This document shows, one piece after another, positions 8,297 through 17,110 of a DNA stretch of 64,000 nt (position 1 is the first letter of the stretch; each line of letters begins with the position of its first letter). The translations under genes were made by a program, and so were the position numbers. Source of the DNA: Acidobacteriota bacterium. GTDB taxonomy: Bacteria > Acidobacteriota > Thermoanaerobaculia > Multivoradales > Multivoraceae. The notes below the pieces were generated by a model, which saw nothing but the letters and a program-made list of their open reading frames with translations, was not told the DNA's origin and did no database searches. Location: assembly GCA_039026915.1 (NCBI GenBank), contig JBCCLJ010000004.1, positions 1,650-65,649 of the forward strand, in the 5' to 3' direction.

Positions 8297-11128
8297 ATGA
8301 CCGTCGATCGCGAACGACTTCGGCAGATCGACCGCATCTTCGACGAGGCACTGGATCTCGAAGGTGCTGAACGCGAGCGCTTTGTCGACGAGAACTGTGG
8401 CGCCGACGCAGAGCTGCGAGAGAGCGTCGAACGGCTCCTGCGCGCGGCCGACCGGCCGCAGATTCAGCCCGGCGGTGCTCTGCTCGGCAACTTCGGCGAC
8501 GAGCTGCTGCTGCATCTCGAAGACGACGAGCACCACCCCGGTAGCCAGGTCGGCCCGTATCGTCTGATTCGAGAGATCGGGACCAGCGGCGCCGCCGTGG
8601 TCTTCCTGGCGGCGCACGAGCAGGACGAGTTCGGCGAGGAGGTCGTGCTCAAGCTCTTCCGCGCTGAGCCGGAGAGCGCTCTCTCGGGCTGGGCTCGCAA
8701 AAAGTCGGAGAGCTGGACCGACGACATCACGCTCGTCGACGGCCGCACCGAGCCGCTCGAGCCAGAGCTCTTGGAGGCGGATGCAGACGGTGCCGAGAAC
8801 CAAGTGCCCGTGGACGGTGAGCTGCTGGGACTCGAGCACCCCGGCATCGTCGAGCTGCTCGACGCCGGCTACGCCGAGGACGGACGTGTCTTCGTCATCA
8901 TGGAGCACGTCGAGGGCGATCGTCTCGACGAGTACTGCGATCAGCGATCGCTCGGAATCGCAGAGCGGCTGGAGCTCTTCGTCCAGCTCTGTGAAGCCCT
9001 TCAGTTCGCCCACTCGAGTCTGGTCACGCACGGAGATCTCAAGCTCTCTTCGGTCCTGGTCGATCGTTCGGCTCGCGTTCGTCTTCTCGACATCGGGCTC
9101 GCCGAACTCCTCGGCACCGGTTCGACGACCGTGCTCGGCCGAGCGGCGCGAGCGGGCCAGGGAGTGTGGCCCGACCTGCGCCGTCTCGGTGAGATCCTGC
9201 TCGCACTGCTGACGGGGCGCAGGCTGCGCGACGAATCGAGCGGGCCCCGCCAGCCGGCGAGCGAGCAGGTCGGGGCGGAGGGGGACGTCGTGCACGTGGC
9301 TCTCGCACGGGCCCGCGGGCTGAGCCCCGGCGAGCTGGCAAGCACGTTGCGGGGTGACCTCGACGCCATCGTCGAGCGCGCTCTCGAGTCGAGTCCCGGT
9401 CGCGGCTATCCGACGATCGAGGACCTCGCGTCGGACGTGCGGCGCTATCTCGACGGTCGCAGCGTCTCTGCCCGGCCGCGCAGCGAGCGTGAGCGGACGA
9501 TCTTCCTGCTTAAGAGCCGTGCGCCGGTGCTCGCCGTCGTCGGTCTTCTCGGTCTGCTCGCCGGAACCGTGCTCGGACCTCGGCTGCTGAGGACCTCGCC
9601 GCGGCCGGCGGAGAACGTGCAGCTCGAGCGCTTCGTCGCGCGTCTGCTCGAAGATGCGGACATTGCGGATTCGGGGGGAAGGCGCGTCACGGCCCGGCAG
9701 CTTCTCGACCGCGGCGTGCAGCAGGTGGAGCGATCGGCTCTGCCCGCGACGGCGAAGTCGGCGGAGCTGACCATTCTGGCCGGTGGCTATCGGCAGGTGG
9801 GTGCGTACGACCGCGCCGTCACGGTGGCCACTCAGGCGCTGGCGGAGGCACGCGACGCCGGCACCGACGAGGCGCGACTTGCCGGCCTGCTGGTCAACCG
9901 CGCGGAGCTCGAGCTGATGGCCGGGCTGCCGGTCGCCATTTCCTCTGCGGAGGAGGCTCTGCTGCAGGCGACGGAGCTCGACGACGACGGCCTTGCTGCG
10001 GCCGCGGACTCCGTCCTCGGCCGCGCCCTCGTCGTCGACGATCCGCCGCGGGCTGCCGCGATCCTTCAGGACGCTCTGCCGCGGCTGGGTGAAGGCTGGA
10101 TCTTCGAAGCGCAGCTGGCGTTCGCGCGGGCCCTCGACCTGACCGGAGATCCCGGTGGAGCGGAGGTCGTTCTCCAGGAGGCGGCAGCCTCGGCGCGCTC
10201 GGTGCCAGGCTCGCGTCTCGGCCGCGTCAAGAGCGCGCTGGGAGATCACAGTCTCGCCAACGGGCGCCCCACGATGGCCTCGGAGTACTACGCGGAGTCG
10301 TTCGAGGACTATCGCGCGGCGCTCGGTGAAGTGCACTGGCGCATCGCCGACGTGCAGCGTTCTCTTTCGCAGAGCCGCGTCGCCGAGGGACGTCTCGAGG
10401 ACGCCCTCGAAGCGTCGCGCAAGGCGCTGTCGGTCTCTCGGCAGGTCTTCGGAGACCGTCACCTTCGGACCGAGCGGGCGCGCGCCGATTTCGCCGTGCG
10501 CCTCTTCGACCTCGGCGAGGGCGATCGAGCCAAAGGGCTGCTGTTGGCGGTCGCAGCAGCACTGGAGACACAGCTCGAGCCCGGTGCCGAACGGCAGACG
10601 CTCGAGGCTCTGGGCTCCCTCGGGCTGGTACACCACGCGCTGGGCGAGTATGCCGAGGCTCGGGCGGTCTTCGAGAAGTGCGCACAACGTTCGAGCGACG
10701 CGAGCGACGCCGATCGCGCTGGGGTGCGGGTTCTGCTGGCGCGCTCCGCTCTGGCAGCGGGGGGCGGTGAGCAGGACTCGCTGCGGGCCAGTCTCGAGAC
10801 CGCTCTCGCCGAGCCTGGCATCGACCCGGCGGTGCAAGCATTGGGCCTGGCGGCGCGAGCCCGGGATCAGCTGCAGACTGCCCTATCGGACGATGAGCTC
10901 GCAGAGACTGCGCTCGTCCTGAGCAGCGCCATCGACGAGGCGACAGCGGTCGCCGGGCCGGGCAGCTGGAAGGTCGCGGAGGCGCGCGCCGAGCTGGCCG
11001 CCTTGCACCTGGCTCTGGGGAGTCTGGAGGCGGCCGGCGTGCAGCTCGAGCGCGCTGGTGCGGTGCTCGAGGGGCGTGGCGATCCGCTCGAAGAGCGCTA
11101 CGCCGAGATCATGCAGTCCGCCGGCTGA
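8297..11128 (+). CDS. Ser/Thr-kinase-like (probably degenerate) transmembrane protein with C-terminal TPR-like repeats
   Basis: Starts 4 nt after the sigma gene stop. N-terminus MTVDRERLRQIDRIFDEALDL...RERFVDENCGADAELRESVERLL is typical of ECF-linked kinases. The kinase core has altered motifs (see finding). One TM segment (APVLAVVGLLGLLAGTVLG) is followed by about 500 aa of Ala/Leu-rich TPR-like repeats. Confidence 0.85.
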   Translation: MTVDRERLRQIDRIFDEALDLEGAERERFVDENCGADAELRESVERLLRAADRPQIQPGGALLGNFGDELLLHLEDDEHHPGSQVGPYRLIREIGTSGAAVVFLAAHEQDEFGEEVVLKLFRAEPESALSGWARKKSESWTDDITLVDGRTEPLEPELLEADADGAENQVPVDGELLGLEHPGIVELLDAGYAEDGRVFVIMEHVEGDRLDEYCDQRSLGIAERLELFVQLCEALQFAHSSLVTHGDLKLSSVLVDRSARVRLLDIGLAELLGTGSTTVLGRAARAGQGVWPDLRRLGEILLALLTGRRLRDESSGPRQPASEQVGAEGDVVHVALARARGLSPGELASTLRGDLDAIVERALESSPGRGYPTIEDLASDVRRYLDGRSVSARPRSERERTIFLLKSRAPVLAVVGLLGLLAGTVLGPRLLRTSPRPAENVQLERFVARLLEDADIADSGGRRVTARQLLDRGVQQVERSALPATAKSAELTILAGGYRQVGAYDRAVTVATQALAEARDAGTDEARLAGLLVNRAELELMAGLPVAISSAEEALLQATELDDDGLAAAADSVLGRALVVDDPPRAAAILQDALPRLGEGWIFEAQLAFARALDLTGDPGGAEVVLQEAAASARSVPGSRLGRVKSALGDHSLANGRPTMASEYYAESFEDYRAALGEVHWRIADVQRSLSQSRVAEGRLEDALEASRKALSVSRQVFGDRHLRTERARADFAVRLFDLGEGDRAKGLLLAVAAALETQLEPGAERQTLEALGSLGLVHHALGEYAEARAVFEKCAQRSSDASDADRAGVRVLLARSALAAGGGEQDSLRASLETALAEPGIDPAVQALGLAARARDQLQTALSDDELAETALVLSSAIDEATAVAGPGSWKVAEARAELAALHLALGSLEAAGVQLERAGAVLEGRGDPLEERYAEIMQSAG

Positions 11129-11134
11129 ACCGCC

Positions 11135-13204
11135 TCAGCGATCGTCGTCCGCGCTCGTCTCCTCTTCGACGAGCTCGCCTTTGACGTAGCGGTCGTACCA
11201 GGCCAGGTAGCGTTCGAGCCGGTCCTTCTGAAAGCTCGGTCGGCGAATGCCGTGGTGCTCGTTCGGATACACGACGAGCTGCGTTTCGATACCGCGACGG
11301 CGAAGCGCCTGGTACAGCTGCTCGGAGTTCAGAATCGGCACGTTCCAGTCGAGCGCGCCGCCCATCACGAGGGTCGGCGTCGTCACCTTCTCGACCTTGT
11401 TGAAGGGTGAGATCCGTTCCCAATTGTCACGGCTCTCCCAGGGCAGGCCGAGCTCCTTCTCCCAGTAGTACTGGTAGTGATCGTGGCCGTAGTTCGAGAT
11501 GTACAGGACCTCGCTGGCGCCGGTGATCGCCGCTTCGAAGCGCTCGGTCTGGGTAATGACGTAGTTGGTGAGGATGCCGCCGTACGACCAGCCGCCGACG
11601 CCCAGGCGCTCCGGATCGGTGTAGCCGAGCTCGATCGAGTGGTCCACGGCGGCCATCACGTCCTGGAAGTCCTTGTTGCCCCAATCGGCCCAGATGGCCT
11701 TCGAGAACTCGTGCCCGTAGCCCGAGCTGCCGCGCGGGTTGCAGCGCACGACGACGTAGCCATGCGCCGCGAAGAGCTGAGACTCGAAGTCGAACGACGC
11801 TTCGTACTGCGCGACGGGCCCGCCGTGAATGCGCAGCAGGGTGGGGTAGCGCAGTCGCTCGTCGTAGTCCGGCGGCAGCGTGATGAAGCCCTCGATCTCG
11901 GTACCGTCGGCGCTCTCGAACCGTACGTTCTTCACCTCGCCGAGCTGAAGCCCCTCGAAGAAGGCCGCGTTGGCACCGGACAGGCGGGTCTCGTCCGCTG
12001 AGCTCGCCGGGCTCCAGTAGACCTCGAAAGGGCTCTCCGCCGTGCTCGAGAGGAAGGCGATGTCGCCGTCGGCGTTCCAGTGGGCGCTGCGAACGCTGCG
12101 CTCGCCAGAGAGCACGCGCTCCAGATGTCCGCCCTCGGCCTGGAGCCGCGCAAGCTGGCGTGTCGCCGAGTCTTCGAGAGAGAAGAGGATCTGCCGACCG
12201 TCGGGGGCGTAGCGCGGCGACGACACGTTGCGATCGAGAGACTCGGTCAGATAGCGCACGTCCCCGGAGTCGAGGTCGACGACGGCCAGGTAGCCGACGT
12301 CGTACCAGATGGACTCGGGCCGCGTCTGGGCGATGAACGTCACCGAGCGTCCGTCCGGGCTCCAGGAGGGCTGCGAGTCGCTGCCCGGGTTCGTGGTGAG
12401 GCGTTTGGCCGTACGCCCGAGGTCGCTGTTGTCCGCCGAGACGACCCAGAGATCGGTGTTGTCGTTGCCGTCGGGCTCCTCGGTGCGGTTGCTGGCGAAG
12501 ACGATGAGCTTGCCGTCCGGACTCCACTCCGCCGCCTGGTCGTCGAAGTCACCAGAGGTGATCTGGCGAAGCTCGTGGCTCTCGAGGTCGTAGACGTAGT
12601 AGTGGCTGCGGAGACGGTCGAGGTAGCCGGCATAGTCGCGTTTGAACTGAAGTCGGTCGATGACGTGCGGCTTGGGCTTCTCTTCCTCCTCTCCTTCGAC
12701 CTCCGGCTCTTCGTCGCTCAAGCTGAGAAGGAGGCGGTCTCCCTGGGGCGACCACTCGTAGCCGCCGACGCCGCGCTCGAGGCTCGTGAGCGGCTGCGCG
12801 TCTCCGCCGCGCAGATCGAAGGCCCAGACCTGGGTCTTGCTCTCGCCCTTGCCGGTGCTGCGCGAAGAGAGGAAAGCCAGCTTGCGTCCGTCCGGGCTGA
12901 ACCGCGGGCTGCTGGCCGAGTAGCCCGGCGCCGTCATGCGCATCGGCTCCCCCTCGCCCGTCGGTGCCATCCAGAGTGCGGTCTCTCTCGACTCCTCTTC
13001 GAGGTTGGTCGTGCTGACGGTGTAGGCCACCCAGTTGCCGTTCGGACTGATTCGCGGAGAGCTGACGCTCTGCAGAAGGAAGTAGTCGTCGACCTGCAAG
13101 GGTCGCTGCGCCAGTGCCGACGGGCTGGCCGATCCCATGAAGAGTGCGCAGAGGCCGGCGACCAGAGTGAGGGAGGGAACCAACGGAGTGCTGTGTGCCT
13201 TCAT
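11135..13204 (-). CDS. S9 family serine peptidase with N-terminal TolB-like beta-propeller, secreted
   Basis: Internal ATG at 13204 of ORF 11135..14098 gives MKAHSTPLVPSLTLVAGLCALFMGSASPSALA. Repeated WSPDG/FSPDG propeller motifs. Catalytic GVGGWSYGG, GGALDWNVP and NEHHGI. Confidence 0.9.
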   Translation of the reverse strand: MKAHSTPLVPSLTLVAGLCALFMGSASPSALAQRPLQVDDYFLLQSVSSPRISPNGNWVAYTVSTTNLEEESRETALWMAPTGEGEPMRMTAPGYSASSPRFSPDGRKLAFLSSRSTGKGESKTQVWAFDLRGGDAQPLTSLERGVGGYEWSPQGDRLLLSLSDEEPEVEGEEEEKPKPHVIDRLQFKRDYAGYLDRLRSHYYVYDLESHELRQITSGDFDDQAAEWSPDGKLIVFASNRTEEPDGNDNTDLWVVSADNSDLGRTAKRLTTNPGSDSQPSWSPDGRSVTFIAQTRPESIWYDVGYLAVVDLDSGDVRYLTESLDRNVSSPRYAPDGRQILFSLEDSATRQLARLQAEGGHLERVLSGERSVRSAHWNADGDIAFLSSTAESPFEVYWSPASSADETRLSGANAAFFEGLQLGEVKNVRFESADGTEIEGFITLPPDYDERLRYPTLLRIHGGPVAQYEASFDFESQLFAAHGYVVVRCNPRGSSGYGHEFSKAIWADWGNKDFQDVMAAVDHSIELGYTDPERLGVGGWSYGGILTNYVITQTERFEAAITGASEVLYISNYGHDHYQYYWEKELGLPWESRDNWERISPFNKVEKVTTPTLVMGGALDWNVPILNSEQLYQALRRRGIETQLVVYPNEHHGIRRPSFQKDRLERYLAWYDRYVKGELVEEETSADDDR

Positions 13205-13321
13205 CGAGAGTCCTCGAGCATCTTGGAGAGTGCGGAGCAAAAGGGGACTGTAGCAGCGCCGTGTGAGCGCCAGTGCACGCTCGATTGTCCGATCTCGAGT
13301 CGGAGCAGCGCCACGAAGATC

Positions 13322-13886
13322 ATGGATCTCCTTGCCGAGCTGAATCCGCTGCATCGTCTGCTCGCAGCGTTCGTCGCGGTGACCGCTGCCGACCGTCTCT
13401 GTTTGAGACGAGCTCGCGGCCGCTCGCTCACCGGCTTGTTCTACTTTTGCTTCGCCTTCGCGACGATCGGAGCCTCGGCACTGCTGCGGGTCCCTCAGGC
13501 CTTCTGGTGGGCGTCCGAGGCGAAGTCGTGGACTCCGGAGGTCGGTGTGGTCACCGCGGCCGAAGCGAGCTTCAGCGCACCCGCCTGGAGACGGTGACGA
13601 CCTTCGACCTGTGCTGTGGCTACACCGTGAACGGCGTGGAGTACGAAAGCTGGCGTTGTTGGCCGGGGGGCGCCGCCGGCTGGCGTGCCCTCGACTTCGA
13701 AGTCGGCGACGAGGTGCTGCTCCACGCCGACCCGAAGCGGCCCGAGCGTGCGATGCTGGAGACGACCTCTCCGATCGGCTGACGATGCCCGGCCTGGGCC
13801 TTTTCGCGATGATTCCTGCGCTCTCGACGACCTGGTCCCGGTGGAAGGAGCGGATGCAGGGCGAGTCGCAGGCCGGAACGCGATAG
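13322..13886 (+). pseudogene. DUF3592-like small membrane protein, apparently disrupted by two frameshifts
   Basis: The gene reads across three frames. Frame of ORF 12080..13597: MDLLAELNPLH...LTGLFYFCFAFATIGASALL (TM)...WTPEVGVVTAAEA, then a stop at 13595-13597. Frame of ORF 13273..13782: RLETVTTFDLCCGYTVNGVEYES...FEVGDEVLLHADPKRPERAML. Frame of ORF 13545..13886: MPGLGLFAMIPALSTTW (second TM). Confidence 0.35.
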
Positions 13887-14000
13887 ATTCCACGCTCGTG
13901 CTGCGCGCTGCACGGTGCGAAAAGCTCCCCGCGCAAGGAGTGGGCCCCTCGCCGGTTTCTCTCTTGGGCGCTACGACCGCGAACCTGAACGAGGTATGAG

Positions 14001-16994
14001 ATGAGAGTTTGCCCAGGTAGACGAATCGGAGCGCTGGTCGCCCTTGCCCTGATGACCGTGGCTTTGCCGGCTGCCGCCTCGATCGACATCGATCGCACCT
14101 ACTCCGACGCCACGGGAGATGCGGACTCTCTCGCCGGAACCGCTCTCGACATTGTCGAGGCCCGCGTGATGATCGACGACTCAATCGTTGCCTTCAGCGG
14201 CGTGCTCGCTTCACCGACCGGCAACTTCGAGACGCTCTTCGGCAGTGGTTCGGTGGCGCTGCCCGGAAACCAGGCTCGCTACCTGGGGATGTTCTACAGC
14301 CTCATCATCGACGCCGACCGGGATCCCTCGACCGGCTTTTTCGGTGCCGAGTACATCCTCGAGGTCACCTTCAACGTCATCCAGCAGAACGGCAGCGATC
14401 CCCCGGGGGACTTCTCCGACGGCATCGCGCTCGGCGATCCGGTCATTGGCCTTCTGCGCAGCTTCACACCGACGGGTGCCCAGTCGCTGACCAATCTGTC
14501 GAGCGGCTTCTCGCGCACCGCGGACAGCTTCTCGGTGACCGCGCCCCGCTCCTCGTTCGACTTCGGCGAGGAGATCTCCGTTCAGGTGGCCGCTCTGACC
14601 TTCGGGACGGACGGTGAACTGTGCCTCAACCCCCTCGAGGAGCCGACCTTCTGCTCCTTCTTCTCGGACTTCGCGCCCGAGTCGCCGGACGTGCTGATGC
14701 TCGTCGCTCCGACGACCCCCGGCACGGTGGAGTTCACCGATGCGCGCTTCACCGCGCGCGAGTCGGACGGCACCGCGAGCGTCTCGGTCAGCTATACGCC
14801 CGGGACCGGATCGGAGAACGCCTCCGTCAACGTCGCCGTCGTCGGCGGTACGGCCGACGCAAGCGACTTCTCGGGTCCGACACCGCCGACGGTGAACTTC
14901 AGCGGCGGCGCTGAGACCGCCGAAGTGCTCTTCAACGTTGTCGACGATCGCACGGCCGAACGCGTCGAGACGGTCGAGCTGCGCTTGACCTCTCCCGATG
15001 GAGCCCTGCTCGACGACCAGGCCGAGACGACGCTCGTCCTCCGCGACGACGACGTCGAAGTCTCCCAGGAGTCTTCGGTCGGCGGTGCTACCGCTCGCTC
15101 GCCGCTGGTCCTCTACGATCCGCTGGGAAGGAAGGCGGTTCTCTGGGATCAGATCGTGAACGGCGTGCGGCAGATCTGTGCACGCATCTTCGATGCCGAT
15201 GGGGATCCGTTGACACCTGTCTTTCTGGTCGATCCGCGACCCGGTGTCGATCAGGTGAATCCTTCGGCAGCCTTCACCCGCAGCGGCCTCGCGGTGGTCT
15301 TCGAAGAGGTGGCCGCGGGCTCGGCCGGCAAGGCGAACGCCAATCTGGTGGGGGCCTTCCTCGCCGACTTCATCGGTAACCGTGCTCCGGTGGAGCTGCC
15401 GATCGAGGACCTCAGCGTGGCTTCCTCGCCGCAGGTCGCGGCCGATCGCAACGGCAACATCGTCGTCAGCTGGAACGAGGAGGGTGAGCTCTTCGCGCAG
15501 GAGTTCGACGAGAGTACGACGGGCTCTCGTCGGTTCACGGTAGGCGTTGCCGAGATCAACTCGCCCGTCGAGACGGCGAGCTCGGCCAACGGTGACTACG
15601 CGGTGGCCTGGTTGGAGGGCTCTCCCTTCAGTGCGTCGCGGGTGATGGTCCGCCGGTACAGCCGAGGTGGTCGTGCGCAGGGCGCTGCAATGATGGTCGA
15701 AGAAGGGCCAGGGCTCGACGCGCCGAGCCTTGCCATGGCCGCTGACGGCAGTTTCGTCATCGCCTACGAGCGGGCGACCGGTGGCGGTACCGACGTCGTC
15801 GCGGCGCGCTACGACCGCGACGGTCAGAGAGTCGTTGCACCCAAGGTGCTCAGTACCTCCTTCGGAGACAACCTCAACCCCTCGGCCGCGCTCAACTCGA
15901 AGGGCGACTTGGCCGTCGTCTGGGAGGAGAACCTGGGCGCTGCGCTCAAGGGAGGGCAGCTCAACGGCAACCTCGTCGGCAACTTCTTCGATCCGACGCT
16001 CAGCCCGACGACCGAAGTCGTCGAGATCGCAGAGCCGGACGGCGAGACCGGAGTTCCGGTCGAGGCCGAGGTCAGCGTCGACGAGGACGATGAGACGACC
16101 GTTGTCTACACTCGCCGCCGCGACGATGAGCCCGATCAGATTTTCCAGACCGAGCTCACTCCGAGCCTCTCCGACGGCGTCTGCGAGCCGGGTGACGAGA
16201 AGCTCTGTCTGCAGCAGGAGCGCTTCGGCATCACCGTGCAGTGGGAGGACTTCCAGGGCAACACCGGCAGCGGCCGCGCGGTGCCGCTGACGACCGACTC
16301 CGGCTACCTGTGGTTCTTCAGTGAGAGCAACGTCGAGATGGTCATCAAGGTGCTCAACGGCTGCCCGCTGAACAACCGGTTCTGGGTCTTCGCCGGTGGC
16401 CTGACGAACGTCGAAGTGACCTTCACCGTCGATGATTCGCTGACCGGTGCGAGCCGCACCTATGCGAACCCCCTGGGCACGGACTTCGCGCCGATTCAGG
16501 ACACGAGCGCGCTCAACGCTTGCACCGACGCCGACTCGATCGTCACGCAGCCGGAGCTCCTGACGAAGGCGAGCTCGCTTCCGATCTGCCCCAACGATGC
16601 CGAGGCCCTCTGTCTCGGGCCTGGAAATCGCTTCGAGGTTCGTATGGACTGGCGCACGGCCCAGGGCACCTCCGGGGTCGGTATGCCGACGGGCCTGACG
16701 TCGGACACCGGCTACTTCTGGTTCTTCGACTCTTCGAACGTCGAGGTGGTCATCAAGGTGCTCGACGGCTGCGCTCTGACGAACCACTTCTGGGTCTTCG
16801 CCGGCGGACTGACAGACGTCGAAACGACGATGACAGTGACCGATACCCTCGCCGGCACGTCGAAGACGTACCGCAACCGCCTCGGCGATCCGTTCCAGCC
16901 GATTCTCGATACCGCCGCCCTGCAGACCTGTGACGCGAGCCGTCCGGAGCGCAGTGGCCAAGAGCCCGTCGTGCCGAGGTTCCCCGGCCGCTGA
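14001..16994 (+). CDS. large secreted protein: N-terminal unknown domain, Calx-beta domain, beta-propeller-like repeats, two C-terminal Cys-bounded domains
   Basis: 997-aa ORF with GAGG upstream and signal peptide MRVCPGRRIGALVALALMTVALPAAAS. Calx-beta-like segment: VEFTDARFTARESDGTASVSV...VVGGTADASDFSG...VELRLTSPDGALL. Repeated xGxxxVxW blades, then a twin C-terminal domain. Confidence 0.85.
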   Translation: MRVCPGRRIGALVALALMTVALPAAASIDIDRTYSDATGDADSLAGTALDIVEARVMIDDSIVAFSGVLASPTGNFETLFGSGSVALPGNQARYLGMFYSLIIDADRDPSTGFFGAEYILEVTFNVIQQNGSDPPGDFSDGIALGDPVIGLLRSFTPTGAQSLTNLSSGFSRTADSFSVTAPRSSFDFGEEISVQVAALTFGTDGELCLNPLEEPTFCSFFSDFAPESPDVLMLVAPTTPGTVEFTDARFTARESDGTASVSVSYTPGTGSENASVNVAVVGGTADASDFSGPTPPTVNFSGGAETAEVLFNVVDDRTAERVETVELRLTSPDGALLDDQAETTLVLRDDDVEVSQESSVGGATARSPLVLYDPLGRKAVLWDQIVNGVRQICARIFDADGDPLTPVFLVDPRPGVDQVNPSAAFTRSGLAVVFEEVAAGSAGKANANLVGAFLADFIGNRAPVELPIEDLSVASSPQVAADRNGNIVVSWNEEGELFAQEFDESTTGSRRFTVGVAEINSPVETASSANGDYAVAWLEGSPFSASRVMVRRYSRGGRAQGAAMMVEEGPGLDAPSLAMAADGSFVIAYERATGGGTDVVAARYDRDGQRVVAPKVLSTSFGDNLNPSAALNSKGDLAVVWEENLGAALKGGQLNGNLVGNFFDPTLSPTTEVVEIAEPDGETGVPVEAEVSVDEDDETTVVYTRRRDDEPDQIFQTELTPSLSDGVCEPGDEKLCLQQERFGITVQWEDFQGNTGSGRAVPLTTDSGYLWFFSESNVEMVIKVLNGCPLNNRFWVFAGGLTNVEVTFTVDDSLTGASRTYANPLGTDFAPIQDTSALNACTDADSIVTQPELLTKASSLPICPNDAEALCLGPGNRFEVRMDWRTAQGTSGVGMPTGLTSDTGYFWFFDSSNVEVVIKVLDGCALTNHFWVFAGGLTDVETTMTVTDTLAGTSKTYRNRLGDPFQPILDTAALQTCDASRPERSGQEPVVPRFPGR

Positions 16995-17018
16995 TCCCAG
17001 CGCTCTACGGCGCTCTCA

Positions 17019-17040
17019 GCCTCGGGGTCGCGCCCGAGGC
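17019..17040 (+). terminator. GC hairpin between the two tandem paralogs
   Basis: GCCTCGGG-gtcgcg-CCCGAGGC (8-bp stem) lies 25 nt after stop 16994. There is no adjacent U-run. A CT-rich tract (17071-17096) follows, before the RBS of the next gene. Confidence 0.3.
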
Positions 17041-17110
17041 TGCCGCTCGTTCGAGCTGCCCCGCTGCCCGCTTTTCCTTTTCCTTGTTCCTTTTCTCGGG
17101 AGATTGCTGG

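Noticed and set aside
7883-10837. 984-aa minus-strand ORF antisense to the kinase-like gene. Similar giants are 766..2232, 14211..16961, 18518..20542, 35427..37106, 41885..43357, 44047..45345 and 56262..58034.
   Set aside because: They are Arg/Ala/Gly/Pro-rich low-complexity translations with no motifs. Each is antisense to or overlaps a gene with clear family signatures. These are typical high-GC shadow ORFs.
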